A DNA stretch of 64,000 nt from NCBI RefSeq assembly GCF_032062105.1, contig NW_026919759.1, positions 1 to 64,000 of the forward strand. The letters run 5' to 3'. Origin of the DNA: Saccostrea cucullata (taxonomy: Eukaryota). Below are positions 35,719 through 53,424 of this stretch, in pieces. The notes beneath the pieces are model-generated. The model ran no database searches. It saw only the letters and a list, made by a program, of their open reading frames with translations, and was not told where the DNA came from. Every line of letters begins with the position of its first letter. Within the stretch, counting starts at the first letter, position 1. Made by a program: the position numbers and the translations under genes.

Positions 35719-38700
35719 TCAGTTATAGAATGGGTTGTACGTGACCCAGTGAGCGGACTGCTGGTTTTTAGCCTTGGTACTGGAGGTGAACAGAGACTTG
35801 TAGGTGGAGCTGGCCTTGGGGTCCTTCTGAATGCTGGTGTGGGTCACAAGTTTGTCCTTGGGTCCCCCTGAAGCTTCTCTGGAAGATGTCTTGGTAGAGG
35901 ACTTGTCTGTTTTAGCTTTCTTTGCATCTGAAACCATATTAAAAGAAGTCTATATTAATTTTAAATAGCAAATATTTATTTAATGACACATGACTTACAA
36001 AGGTTTTGAACTTTATCGTGAATCAATATAGAACTACATGTATGTACATGTACCTCCATATATACTTTGTGTGTGTGTGCTCAGAACACATGACTCCCTT
36101 GTCTTTCTCTGTGAAATATAACAAGAGGCCCATGGGCCTTATAGGTCACCTGAGTATCATGCAACAACTTTCCATCAATTGAATTTGATTCATGTTTTAA
36201 TCTAGAAGCCATGAAATTCACAATTTTGAAAGAGGCACCATTGCTTATCATAATTATGCACTCAGCATACTTACTGTAAACCAACTTTTATTCGCGTGCG
36301 AGAAATTTTCGCGAAGTTCGCGAGAGCCTCGTCATCGCGAATATTTCTCGCCGCGAACTGGTCCTGAAGTTTTATGGTTCTATTTCCAACAGATCAAAAA
36401 AGGCATTGATCGCGAAAATTAATCGTCGCAAACTAGATTATCCCTGGTAAATCGCGAAATAAAGTCTTCGCGAATAAAAGTTGGTTTACAGTACTTTGGT
36501 TAGTAATACCCAGAGGTACGTACATGTAGATCACAGTAACAAAGAGAAAATGCATTTCCACTTTATCATTATCAGTTGTGCACCCCATCCCACAGGAACC
36601 ACTGACCCTGGGGCCACATCTTCAAAATTTTGGAAATTTTATAAATTTTATTTCACCATGTTGTTGATTAATACCAAAGTGCAGATTTCAAAGCATTAAA
36701 TCATTTTCAGACCCCCTCCCCCACCCAAGTACCTCTGTCCCAGGGGCCAGGAAATTAAGCATTTTTGGAAAAAGCAGCGTTCTTCGTCATAAATATATAC
36801 TAAGATCATTGCCATAATACCCAGGATCAAAGGAAAAGATTTTCAAAGAATTTATGCATTTTCACTATATAAACATTAGAGCCCCGCCCTAACACAATAA
36901 GCTCTGACCCAGGGGCCCTGAAATTCACAAATCTCAAAGAGGCATCCTTCCTCCTCATAACTATGTACATAGTTCATTGGTTTAATACCCAGGTGCAGAA
37001 AAGAAGATTTTTAAAGAGTTTATTATGCATTTTTACTATATAAACAATAGAGCCCCACCCTAACACCAGAACCCCTGACCCTTGGGCCATAAAATTCACA
37101 ACTGTGGAAGAGTCACTCTTACTCATCATAACTATGTACTTAGTTAGTTTATTTAATACCCAGGAGCAGAGAACAAGATTTTCAAAGAAATAATGCATTT
37201 TCACTATATAATCAATAGAACCCCGCCCTAACACTGGAACCCCTGACCCTGGGGCCATAAACTTCATAATTTAAGAAGAGGCAGCCTTATTCACCAAAAC
37301 TATGCACTTGGTTAGTTTATTTAATGCCCAGGAGCAGAAAAGAAGAATATCAAAGAATTATTGCAATTTCACTACAATAATCTATATGGCCCCACCCTAG
37401 CACTAGAACCCCTGACCCTGGGGCCATTAGATTCAAAATTTTGGAAGAGGCAGTCATTTTCAACTCAACTATGCACTTGGTTACTGTAGATCACTTATTT
37501 TTCGCGACACCTTATTTTCGCGAGATAGTCATTGACTCTATATTAGCGAGACAAAATTTTCACGAATTGTGGTCACTTTTCTACATAATCTTCAGGAATT
37601 CTATTATACGCGAGAATGAAATTTTCGCGAGCACACCGTCTCGCGTAATTACGCGAAAATAAAGTTCTCGCGAATAAAAAGTGATTTACAGTAGTTTATT
37701 TAATGCCCGCAAACAGAAAAGAAGAATATCAAAGAATTATTGCAATTTCACTATAATAATCTATATGGCCCCGCCCTAGCACTAGAACCCCTGACCCTGG
37801 GGTCATTAAATTCAAAATTTGGGAAGAGGCAGTCATTTTCAAGTCAACTATGCACTTGGTTAGTTTATATGATGCCCAGGAGCAGAAAAGAAGAATTTCA
37901 AAGAAATAATGCATTTTCACTATATAACCTATTTAGCCCCACCCTAGCACTAGAACCCCTGACCCTGGGGCCATGAATTTCACAATTTTGGTAGAGGACT
38001 TAATGCTGATTACAATCATGCCAACAGTTTGACTGCTTGATGTCCAGGAGTAAAGAAGAAGATTTTTAAAGATTGCACTAATTTTAGTGGTTTTTGCCCC
38101 ACCCATCAGGCCCCAGGGGGGCAGGGACCATGAAATTCACAATTTTTGTTCCCCTTCACCTATAGATGCTATATGCCAAATTTGGTTGAAATTGGATCAG
38201 TGGTTTCAGAGAAGAAGCTGAAAATGTTCAAATGTTAACGCACGACGGACGACGAACGAAAACAGATAGCAATAGGTCACCCGAGTTTACTCAGGTGACC
38301 TAATTAAGACTTACCTGTGACTTTTGATTCAGATTCTGTAGAGTCAGCTTTGTGCTTTTTAGCTTTCTGAAATAAATAAAATTGTCACATAATAATAAAG
38401 TTTGTTTTTAATCCAACATGTCTTGGAAATAAATTGTTCTTTAAATACTGTATACAGGGTTATTTTCGCCCTTTTACATTCAGAAACAAGTTTGCCCTGT
38501 TTTAAATTCGCCCAGAAAGATTTTTGTTTCAGATATTAAACTGTTTACATTAGATTCGCATGTTTTAAATTTGCCCACTTCCTATGAGGGCGAAAATTTC
38601 CCTGTATACAGTACTTCAGTTAAGATCAAGTTTGCATTTCTTTCTGCTTAAACTTTTCAAGGAGTAGCAATCTTTCTTTTTTATTTTTAAGGGGATCCTG

Positions 38701-41700
38701 ATTTCCCATTAAGTTTTGCATACTATTTGCCTAAACACTTGCATACATTGAGCTGATTTCTGGTATACAAGTCTGCCATAATAAGTTATAAATTAAGTTT
38801 TCATTTTGTTCTGCTTCACTCATTTTTGATGGAATAACATCCTTTTAATTATTAAGGGATGGCACTTGTTGGTAGCTGGAGGACTAGTACTCTGAGAATG
38901 CCTGTTAATTCTGTACCTTTGCCAGTTTGGCCTGTTCCTTTCTGGTCTTCATTCTCTGCTGTAATCGCTCAAACTCCTCATCAGATCCATTTAATGTGAT
39001 CACATCATCTCGGGAGAACTTACTGTTACACTGTGGAAAAAGAAATAAAAGTAATGATCACATGTAGTCAGTCCAGACCTTTTTTGTTTTGTGTCAGTTT
39101 TTAGAATTTGGACCTTTTTTCTTACCTTATGACAAATGCCTGATTTGTGACAATTTTCAGATTTTGGGACTTTTATTCTTACCTTGTGACAGATGTCAGA
39201 TTTGACTTCTTTGAGAGCTCTGTCAGATAAAACACATCCACAAGACCAGATGAAACTAAACCTGAAATCCACAATGAAATAACCACTTATTAGTCCATGT
39301 TAAGCCTACATGTACTGATTTTAATATACTGTAGATCACTAAATTTTCGCGACACCTTATTTTCGCGAGATAGTCATTGACTCTTTATTAGCGAGACATA
39401 ATTTTCACAAATTGTTGTTTTTCCTCTATATAATCGTAAGGAATACTCTTAAACGCGAGAATTAAATTTTCACGACCTCATTGTCTCACGTAATTACGCG
39501 AAAATAAAGTTCTCGCGAATAAAACGTGATTTACAGTATACAGCCAACCATAGAAAATTTTCAGATGGATGAATTCCAGTTAAAGTTCAGTTTACTGAGT
39601 ACTCTATATGTCACAATGAAACAATCATAAATTTATTTAGTTTAACAATGATGGGAAAAATTTGATAATTAAGAAAACAAAATTTTAATCCTGGGATGAC
39701 TCCCATACTAAATCATACGACATGTCCCCTAAATCTACCCCTTTTTCTCCCCTTATCAACTTTGTTCTTCAATCTCCTATTTCCTTCTACCCTGTTCACC
39801 TACCCGTGTTTTCCGTTCATGGTGATCCCCACTACTGGGCAGATATACTTGGCGTCCTGTGTGTCAATATAGCTGTCTCCTTTCTCACTCTTGGGTCGTC
39901 CATATCCTTTGTTTTCTGTCAATTTTAACTCCTTTAAATCCTGAATATAAACCAAGATTTTTTAAACAAATAAATAATTAAAAAATTATGCATATATACT
40001 AATAGAAAAGAAAAAATCAGTGACCTTTTGAAAATAAAAGAAATTCAATGCTATTTGAAGATGCTTTCTTAAAAATATGACTTATCATGACTGCTGTTCT
40101 TGAAGATATTTTACAGATTTTTCTTAAGTTCCTTAATTAAGTCCTATGTAAAACTTTGATTGCCCAAAGTGGACACACCCTACTCAGGGAGTCATGATTT
40201 GAACAAATTTGTATCTACAACATCCTAGAAAGTTTTCACTAAAAGTTTCATTGAAGTGAATGACTTCAAACTATGGTTAGAATAAGATATCCTATCTGAA
40301 TCTTATGTTTAGTACCTTGAGACCTCGCAGATGTTCAAAGCTTGGGGCACACTCAAATTTAGTCCTGTCAATCAAAAATTCCAACACTGCCTCTTTGTTG
40401 TACAACCTGTCAAAACAAAGAAGTTGATGTTCTGTCATATTGTGTCACGGTAAGGAAAGAAATAAGGATATAAATTTATGAAGACAAAAAATTAACATGA
40501 AATATTACACATAATTTTGAACATTTTAACATTATAATTACTTTTTTGTATTTAATTATGAGATGTTAAATGACATTTATCTTCAATGAAACAGGTAAAA
40601 AAAAAATTCCTTCCTCAATTCAAATTCTTTGAATAAAAAAATCTAGCGTTTACACACCAATAGTTATATAACGGTACTGACTTACCTGCCTAGCTCACAT
40701 GCCATGATTGGTTCACGAAGAGGCTCCTGTGTTATTGCACAATGTTTCCACTTGGCATCAAGATCAGCAGTTTTATCTTTCTATAATGACATGTAAAGGT
40801 TTTATTTATTTGTTTGCTGCAATATTAATTATACACGCATAATAGACTGTACATAAATAAAATATTTAAAATTTTAGCTGGCTACTATCAAAACGCCAAA
40901 ATTAGCACCCCGCGAAAATAATCCGCTGTACGGTACCAAGTCTTATGGGAAGCACAGCAAGTTGAGTCAAGAACTGCTTGCTCAATGAGCTCTGCTAACT
41001 ATGATCAGGAAGGAAAACAGGTGATTCATTATCTGTAGTATTTGTAGCAAAAATGTACAATCAGATTTTCTACTCCTGTTTATTTTGCAACATTTACTGC
41101 ATTCTTTAGAATATTTATCTAAGACAAAAAGCAAAAGTAACCTCAGTGATTTACATACTTTAAATGCAGTATTAGAACAAGTTCCCCCCATCCCCCTAAA
41201 TATCATAAGCAGTTACCCTCAGGAAGATAAACTCTGAATTCTGAACATATTTTCACTTTTTGTCCTTGATAAATGCCCTAAAGAGCATGTTTAGATTATT
41301 ATTTGTCTAAAATGTGTATTGTAAAAGCTTATTGGGGTTTAGCTTATCCAGAGGTATTGGGGTTGTAAGGGTAAAAAAAAAATGTACAATTTCCAATTGA
41401 AAAACCCTCATTCCTAAATGACTCTGAGTGCCAAGTGAAGGGAGTGAGGTCTAAATTTGAAGCCTTTCTCCAGCATATGGTGACATGTAATAAGAGTAGA
41501 ATAACTGGGTGTAATGTAAGCGCAGTGTTTTAATTTGTAGGCATGGAAAGGAATGTACTCTACAATGTCTTTCGTCAAAAATTGCACTAGATGTATATTC
41601 AACCAAATGCTTGGATGTCACTGTAAGCTCTGCCGAACTCCGTTACGTCATGTGACATCACAGCTAGTCGAGATGTCTCGTGCGACTTGATGTTCAAGTA

Positions 41701-44197
41701 GCTGATCAATGTTTAGAGTGTGTTTTTTAATAGAGGGCGGAGCCCTCTCACGGGCCCGAAGGGCCCGTGAGAGCGAAGCTCTCCCTATAGGTAACACGTA
41801 TGTATATGAAAAATAAAAGAAATCTTAGGTAAACTATATGTCAGTTACAATACCTTTGGAACTGAGATTCTTGTCGCCAACATGGCGTCCTGTAAAATGG
41901 CGTCATTTTGATTCACGCGCAAATCCTCGTTGTTGATGAGACTTTTATCAAAGTGAACAACATTTAATCTAAGGATAATATGTAGCAGATGTTTTTTACT
42001 TAAAATCAAATCCATTTGTAGTCAGATCCTTCCTACTTTCGATTTGATGTTTAGATTTATTTATAGTTCGCGCTAACAAGTATAACGGCATTTGATTGGT
42101 CAGAAATTCCCTACGGGTGGCGCTGTCGTCTGCACTATTGAGGAGTGGATCTATCTGTGGCGCCTTTCACCAGAATGTAGAAGGAAAACAATCCTTATTT
42201 ATTTGTTAATAAAATTTACTAATAACGAATTTCAACAGGATTATTGTCAATACATACAAAGATAGAAATACTGAATTTTTTTAGGCATAGTGCAATTTTT
42301 TGTGATGTTTAAAATAAAATACTCCATGCGGGACTCAACAAACTTTTAAAGGTGTGTGGATTTCTTTCTTTTTTTTTTCTCTCTTTTGTATTTTTTTAGG
42401 TAACCAAATTGGTTATGAATATCTACTTGTACATAGATATAAAAAATATTTAGCAGATGGAAGTCTGAATCTCATTTTTATAGTGTTTTTTAAAAAATAT
42501 TTAGAATTTTTGTTTGACATCGATAAAATTAATATTCGAATCAAACTTCTCAGAAGTGTACCCTATTATTCACAAGGTTTGGTTTTGAAATTATATGATA
42601 AAAAAAACTAAGTCTTAAATGACAAAGATACCAGAAAAAAAAAAATTTAAATTTTTTTCAATATGATTTTGTTTACGTTAACGTTAGATTTAGAAAATTC
42701 TAAAGACTATTTAAATCAAATTTATTTTAACAACATCAGCAAAAAAAAAAAACACAACACACACACACAAAAACACAAAAAACTGAAAAGTGAAATATAA
42801 TATTTTCATTAAAATAAAGAAAATAATCAATATGATTAATGGGTTACCAATTAATGTAAAATAAAAAGAGATAAATAAAAAGAAACTTAAAAAAGATATA
42901 TCACAACAGGGACCTAATAAATGTCCCTGATCATGCATCCGTTGCAAATTTTTTTTTCGTATAAAAGTTGTGATGCTATTATATTTTCAACCCTTGTGAT
43001 AGTTACACAGTCAAATGTTGGTCTGATGATTAGATTCATCCAGGAAGTAGATCATCTGTCTGTAGTTTGGGTCTTCTGATCTGGTCTTCACAATATTGTT
43101 CTTACTTTCGATGATGTCATAACTATGTAATGGGAGTCTAACAGTTGAGAAATGACTTTAGGTTTTCTAGATCAGTGTTGTTAAATAAATGAATTAAGAA
43201 ATGAAAGACAAAGAAATGAATGATCAGAAAAGTTTATGAGTTGCTTATTGTAGGATATATTTGGGAACAAAGTTTGAGGTGTTGTTGGGCCGAGGTGTCT
43301 CACATTTCTTGGGCCTCGGTACGTTGCATCCATTACTGGTCCAATGCATGCCACTCTCTTTCCCCATTACAGTTTTTCGACTTTTAGTGCTCTGGCTAGA
43401 CAACCCTTTTTCTCATGATAAAATTAATCTTAGTAAGTTAGTTCTCAGATTTATTAAACCCTTAGATTGAATTACATGTATTTGAATAAAAAATTATTAT
43501 AGGTATTCTGTAGTTCAGACTTCAGAGAAAGTTTTTTTTTCAAAGGAAATCAGTTCTTTGTCATGATTTTCTCATCTGCATCATCAGAAACCCACGGGTG
43601 ATCTCGTCTTTACTTGTGATAAGTAAAGACGAGATCACCCGTGTGTATCCGACGATGGATTTTCTGACAATGACGTACAATTTCAGAATTAACTGATTTA
43701 TCATTAAACAATAAAAAGGTAGCAATTTTCTCTTCATTGCTCCGCCCTCACTAACGGTCACACCGTCTAACATATTACATGTATAATTACGCTAGACCCA
43801 ATGGGCAAACAGTAAAACATATTACTTTATTATATTAAATAATTTCATTGGGAAGTTGTTTTTAATAAAATTGAGCCAAAACAATTAACATTTTGCCATT
43901 TTGCAATGTTTTTGAGTATTGAAAAGCTTATAATTCCAACTGTGAGTTCTTCCTCGCATTGACAAGGATCGTGTGTGTTAAAGGGTTTTAATGTTGTAGC
44001 TTTACAAAGGATATTATTGAAAAAAATCACGGAATGTAAAGATTTGGACCTGGGGACGTACAACAACAATGTCTCTGATAACAACAACAAACAATATTCA
44101 ACACAGTTTGAAACAAACTCCTCATTACCTGTTCTGGCTTTTTCTTCGTCCTGACAAGTTCATCCCTCTTAGGTATCGTACCGCCATCACATCCCAT
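35719..44197 (-). CDS. RTF2: Replication termination factor 2 (C20orf43/RTFDC1 homologue)
   Basis: Exons 44197-44129 (MGCDGGTIPKRDELVRTKKKPEQ), 40780-40686 (WKHCAITQEPL..ACELG), 40406-40316 (LYNKEAVLEFL), 39940-39804 (YICPVVG), 39261-39183 (WSCGCV), 39030-38917, 38366-38315, 35927-35719 (YKSLFTS..HWVTYNPFYN stop). Confidence 0.95.
36274..36491. mobile_element. TA-flanked MITE nested in the HINE
   Basis: TA-CTGTAAACCAACTTTTATTCGCG ... CGCGAATAAAAGTTGGTTTACAG-TA. Confidence 0.88.
37484..37691. mobile_element. TA-flanked ~208-bp MITE, copy 1 of 3, nested in the satellite array
   Basis: TA-CTGTAGATCAC ... GTGATTTACAG-TA; the same family occurs at 39329 and 49562. Confidence 0.88.
38448..38611. 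mobile_element. TA-flanked MITE
   Basis: TA-CTGTATACAGGG..TTTTCGCCC ... GGGCGAAAATTTCCCTGTATACAG-TA. Confidence 0.85.
39329..39536. mobile_element. TA-flanked ~208-bp MITE, copy 2 of 3
   Basis: TA-CTGTAGATCACT ... CGTGATTTACAG-TA; similar throughout to 37484-37691. Confidence 0.88.
41727..43770. mobile_element. Helentron-like non-autonomous element without satellite array, in RTF2 intron 1
   Basis: Subterminal inverted repeats GAGGGCGGAGC (41733) / GCTCCGCCCTC (ending 43749); GC-rich palindrome beside the left repeat; short terminal stem-loop ACGGTCACACCGT on the right. Confidence 0.6.
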
Positions 44198-44455
44198 TTT
44201 GATCTAAAATGTCAAAATTTATACTGAGCTCTAAATGTTTGCTATCCACTCTACTACGAACGTGACGTAATTTTCTAAATGTACAAGTAGTCGTGCATAA
44301 TATGTTTCGAAATTCTAAAACTTTCAAAAATAAACGAAAACAAAAAACTTTCTAATCTCTATTAGCTTAGTAAAAAGAAAACAAATTAAATTATTTCTAT
44401 TTACAAAGAAAAAAATAAAAGGTTAGAAACAGTTTTTTTTTTTTTACCAAATTAG

Positions 44456-45912
44456 GGCAAGCGGTATATCTAGTCTTCCCGACTCCCGACGCCCGACTCC
44501 CGACGGTCCCGGATTTGGGATTTTTAGCAATTTCTTTTTTACCGGTGCACAGATTTTATTCAAACTTTTCAGGCACATTTTCTTGGTTTATATAAATTCA
44601 TTAGTGCATAAAAACATTAGGAAACTTGTCTTTTTATTACTGAATCAGCAGTATCACCTGCCAAAAAGCGGTAAATCTAGTACTCTGTTATAAATGTTAA
44701 AACCAAAAACGGATACTGGTGTTTTCGTAGAATCGCGATTAAAACAACAAAATGAAGAATATATTTTTTTAACAAATAACTGGAAAACCTCATTTAAATG
44801 CTAGATAATTTGTACGCACTGAAACTCACATATTTTATTTTTGTACGCACTGAAACTCACATATTTCATTTTTTTTAAATTAAGAGTTATACTTATTAAT
44901 TATCGATACATAGCGATGAGCTGAGACGTGAGGTTTCGTAGATCATAATATTGATATTATTTGGGAAGATATTTCTTCTTTTAAAAAGATAGAATTAGTG
45001 TTTAAGTGAAATTGAAGGTGTTAAAAAAGTATGAACAATTTAATTTTATAGATTCCAACATCAAAATGACTTTTAAAGTCGGGTTCCTTTTAAACCTGTT
45101 AATGAAGAAGATAATCACTTATTATAAAAGCTTGGGTTAAAAAATTAATTTCCTAAACACCTGGCTGATACAATGAAAGTGGAGAGATATTCTGTCAAAT
45201 TAAAAAAAAAAGTAATTATGTATTGTAAACTGCTTCTAAATCAAAGCTATTAGTATTAACCATGACTTGTTAACATAACATGTATCCGGGGACAAACCAT
45301 GGTCCTTAAAATATTACTGGTAATCTGATAACGTTTTTATCATTGTGTAGGTTTTCATACGATAAGTAGAATTTAGAGTTAACTTAAAATCAGTCAACAA
45401 AAAGTAAAGTCAAAATAAAAATTAATTAATTAATAAAGGGGGGGGGGGGCTCCGACGTATATATGTCAATGTCGTACGTAGAGCCTGTGAACATAATGTG
45501 GCAATGAACGATTTATACAAGGAAAAAAGAAATTATATGGGGGTTTTTAGGCATACAAATTATCTGGTATGTAAATGAGGTTTTCCGCTTATATTTTGAA
45601 AAAATTATTATTCATTTTGTTGTTTTTAATCACAATTCTACGAAAACATCGGTGTCCGTTTTTGGTTTTAACATTTATAACAGAGTACTAGATTTACCGC
45701 TTTTTGGCAGGTGAAACATCTGGTTCAGTAATAAAAAGACAATTTACCTAAAGTTTTTATGCACTAATGAATTCATATAAACCCAGAAAATGTGCCTGAA
45801 AAGTTTGAATAAAATCTGTGCACCGGTAAAAAAGAAATTGCTAAAAATCCCAAATCCGGGACCGTCGGGAGTCGGGAGTCGGGCGTCGGGAAGACTAGAT
45901 ATACCGCTTGCC
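44456..45912. mobile_element. Long-TIR non-autonomous DNA transposon with 9-bp TSD (Mutator-like) between RTF2 and GALE
   Basis: ~300-bp TIRs starting GGCAAGCGGTATATCTAGTCTTCCCGAC; CCAAATTAG duplicated at 44447-44455 and 45913-45921. Confidence 0.92.
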
Positions 45913-46365
45913 CCAAATTAGGATGAATAGAATATGCACGAACTAGCTAGTAAAGAAAATGACAGCACATCGTTTCGTATTTTATACAATGTATCTAAAT
46001 ACTTAAATTCACATATCATTCAACATTATCATATTGTATATTTACTAAATAAAACGTAATAAATTTCATTATTTATATTGAAGATACTTTCGATGAGACA
46101 GAAAAGTTCACGATCCTACCTAAGCAAAGTTTCGGAGAAATTCAAGAGTTTTGCAACGTGACAGGTAAATACAAGACAACCAACCAGGAAGAGAAATCTC
46201 TGTCCTTTATAAAATATTGTAACTTTTATCCATGGTTTCTCTGACATGTTTCATAAATTAAAAATATCTTAAACTGAATAAACCACTCTGTTGTTCACGA
46301 CTGGCTCGGGCCATCACATCTTTCGTTGGCGTTTCATGAACATTCACTGGCTTGTATCATAGTTT

Positions 46366-46657
46366 ACTTGTTTTTGTTGTTTCACGTCCCAGTTGAGAAT
46401 TTTTAACTCATATGGATACGCCACCACTTGCCAATAGAAGGCTGCGAATGTATATACCTTAACTTGCACTCAGGGCCATTGAGCAAAGGGGGGTCTTTTT
46501 GTGCGAAAACCTTCGGTGACATGGGATCACTATTTTTAGATGATTTCATGTGAAGGACTCTTCTTCAAGTCCTGCAGTAGATTCAGACCTGTTACATACA
46601 TAAGGATCAGCTCCTTTCTCTGAGATTCTAGAGCAGGTTCTCTAACCATTGCGCCAC
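46366..46657 (-). mobile_element. tRNA-derived SINE in GALE intron 1
   Basis: On the minus strand: A-box-like GTGGCGCAATGG, B-box-like GGTCTGAATCT, central TGCTCAATGGCC and 3' CCATATGAGTTAAAAATTCTCAACTGGGACGTGAAACAACAAAAAC tail. Related copy at 50100-50318. Confidence 0.7.
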
Positions 46658-46973
46658 ATATCATATACTTTTAACTAAAGTTTTAAAAAAAAAAATTATA
46701 CAAACCCTTTCATGCCATTGCAGAGATGTTTAAGAGGTTATACACAATATTCAACAGTCTCTATGTAAGTCAAAAGATTATGAAGGCATAGCTAGCTATT
46801 GTAAAGTACATGTAATGGCACACGAAAACAGGGTATGAAACAGGATCAAAGATTATATTATTGTTTCTTCATAAACATGATAAAAGAATTAACTTTTGAG
46901 TGTAATACATACATGTATATGTGATCATTTAAATAATTAAGTTGTTTTGATTGACAGCTCTGAGGGCTGCACT

Positions 46974-53424
<6,451 letters not shown>

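Larger units (their letters stand above)
36120..38304 (+). mobile_element. Helentron-type HINE carrying a ~167-bp (Cg170-like) satellite array, in the last RTF2 intron
   Basis: 5' AACAAGAGGCCCATGGGCC hairpin plus AGGTCACCTGAGT; 3' palindrome AGGTCACCCGAGTTTACTCAGGTGACCT; (GACG)-like microsatellite; GCATTTTCACTAT..CCCTGACCCTGGGGCC units spaced ~167-171 bp. Confidence 0.88.

Noticed and set aside
36974-37976. Short ORFs with repeated GSGVLVLGRG peptides
   Set aside because: They are translations of the ~167-bp satellite monomers in the HINE.
46560-46657. tRNA gene
   Set aside because: Only A/B-box-like remnants joined to a SINE body; no complete cloverleaf.
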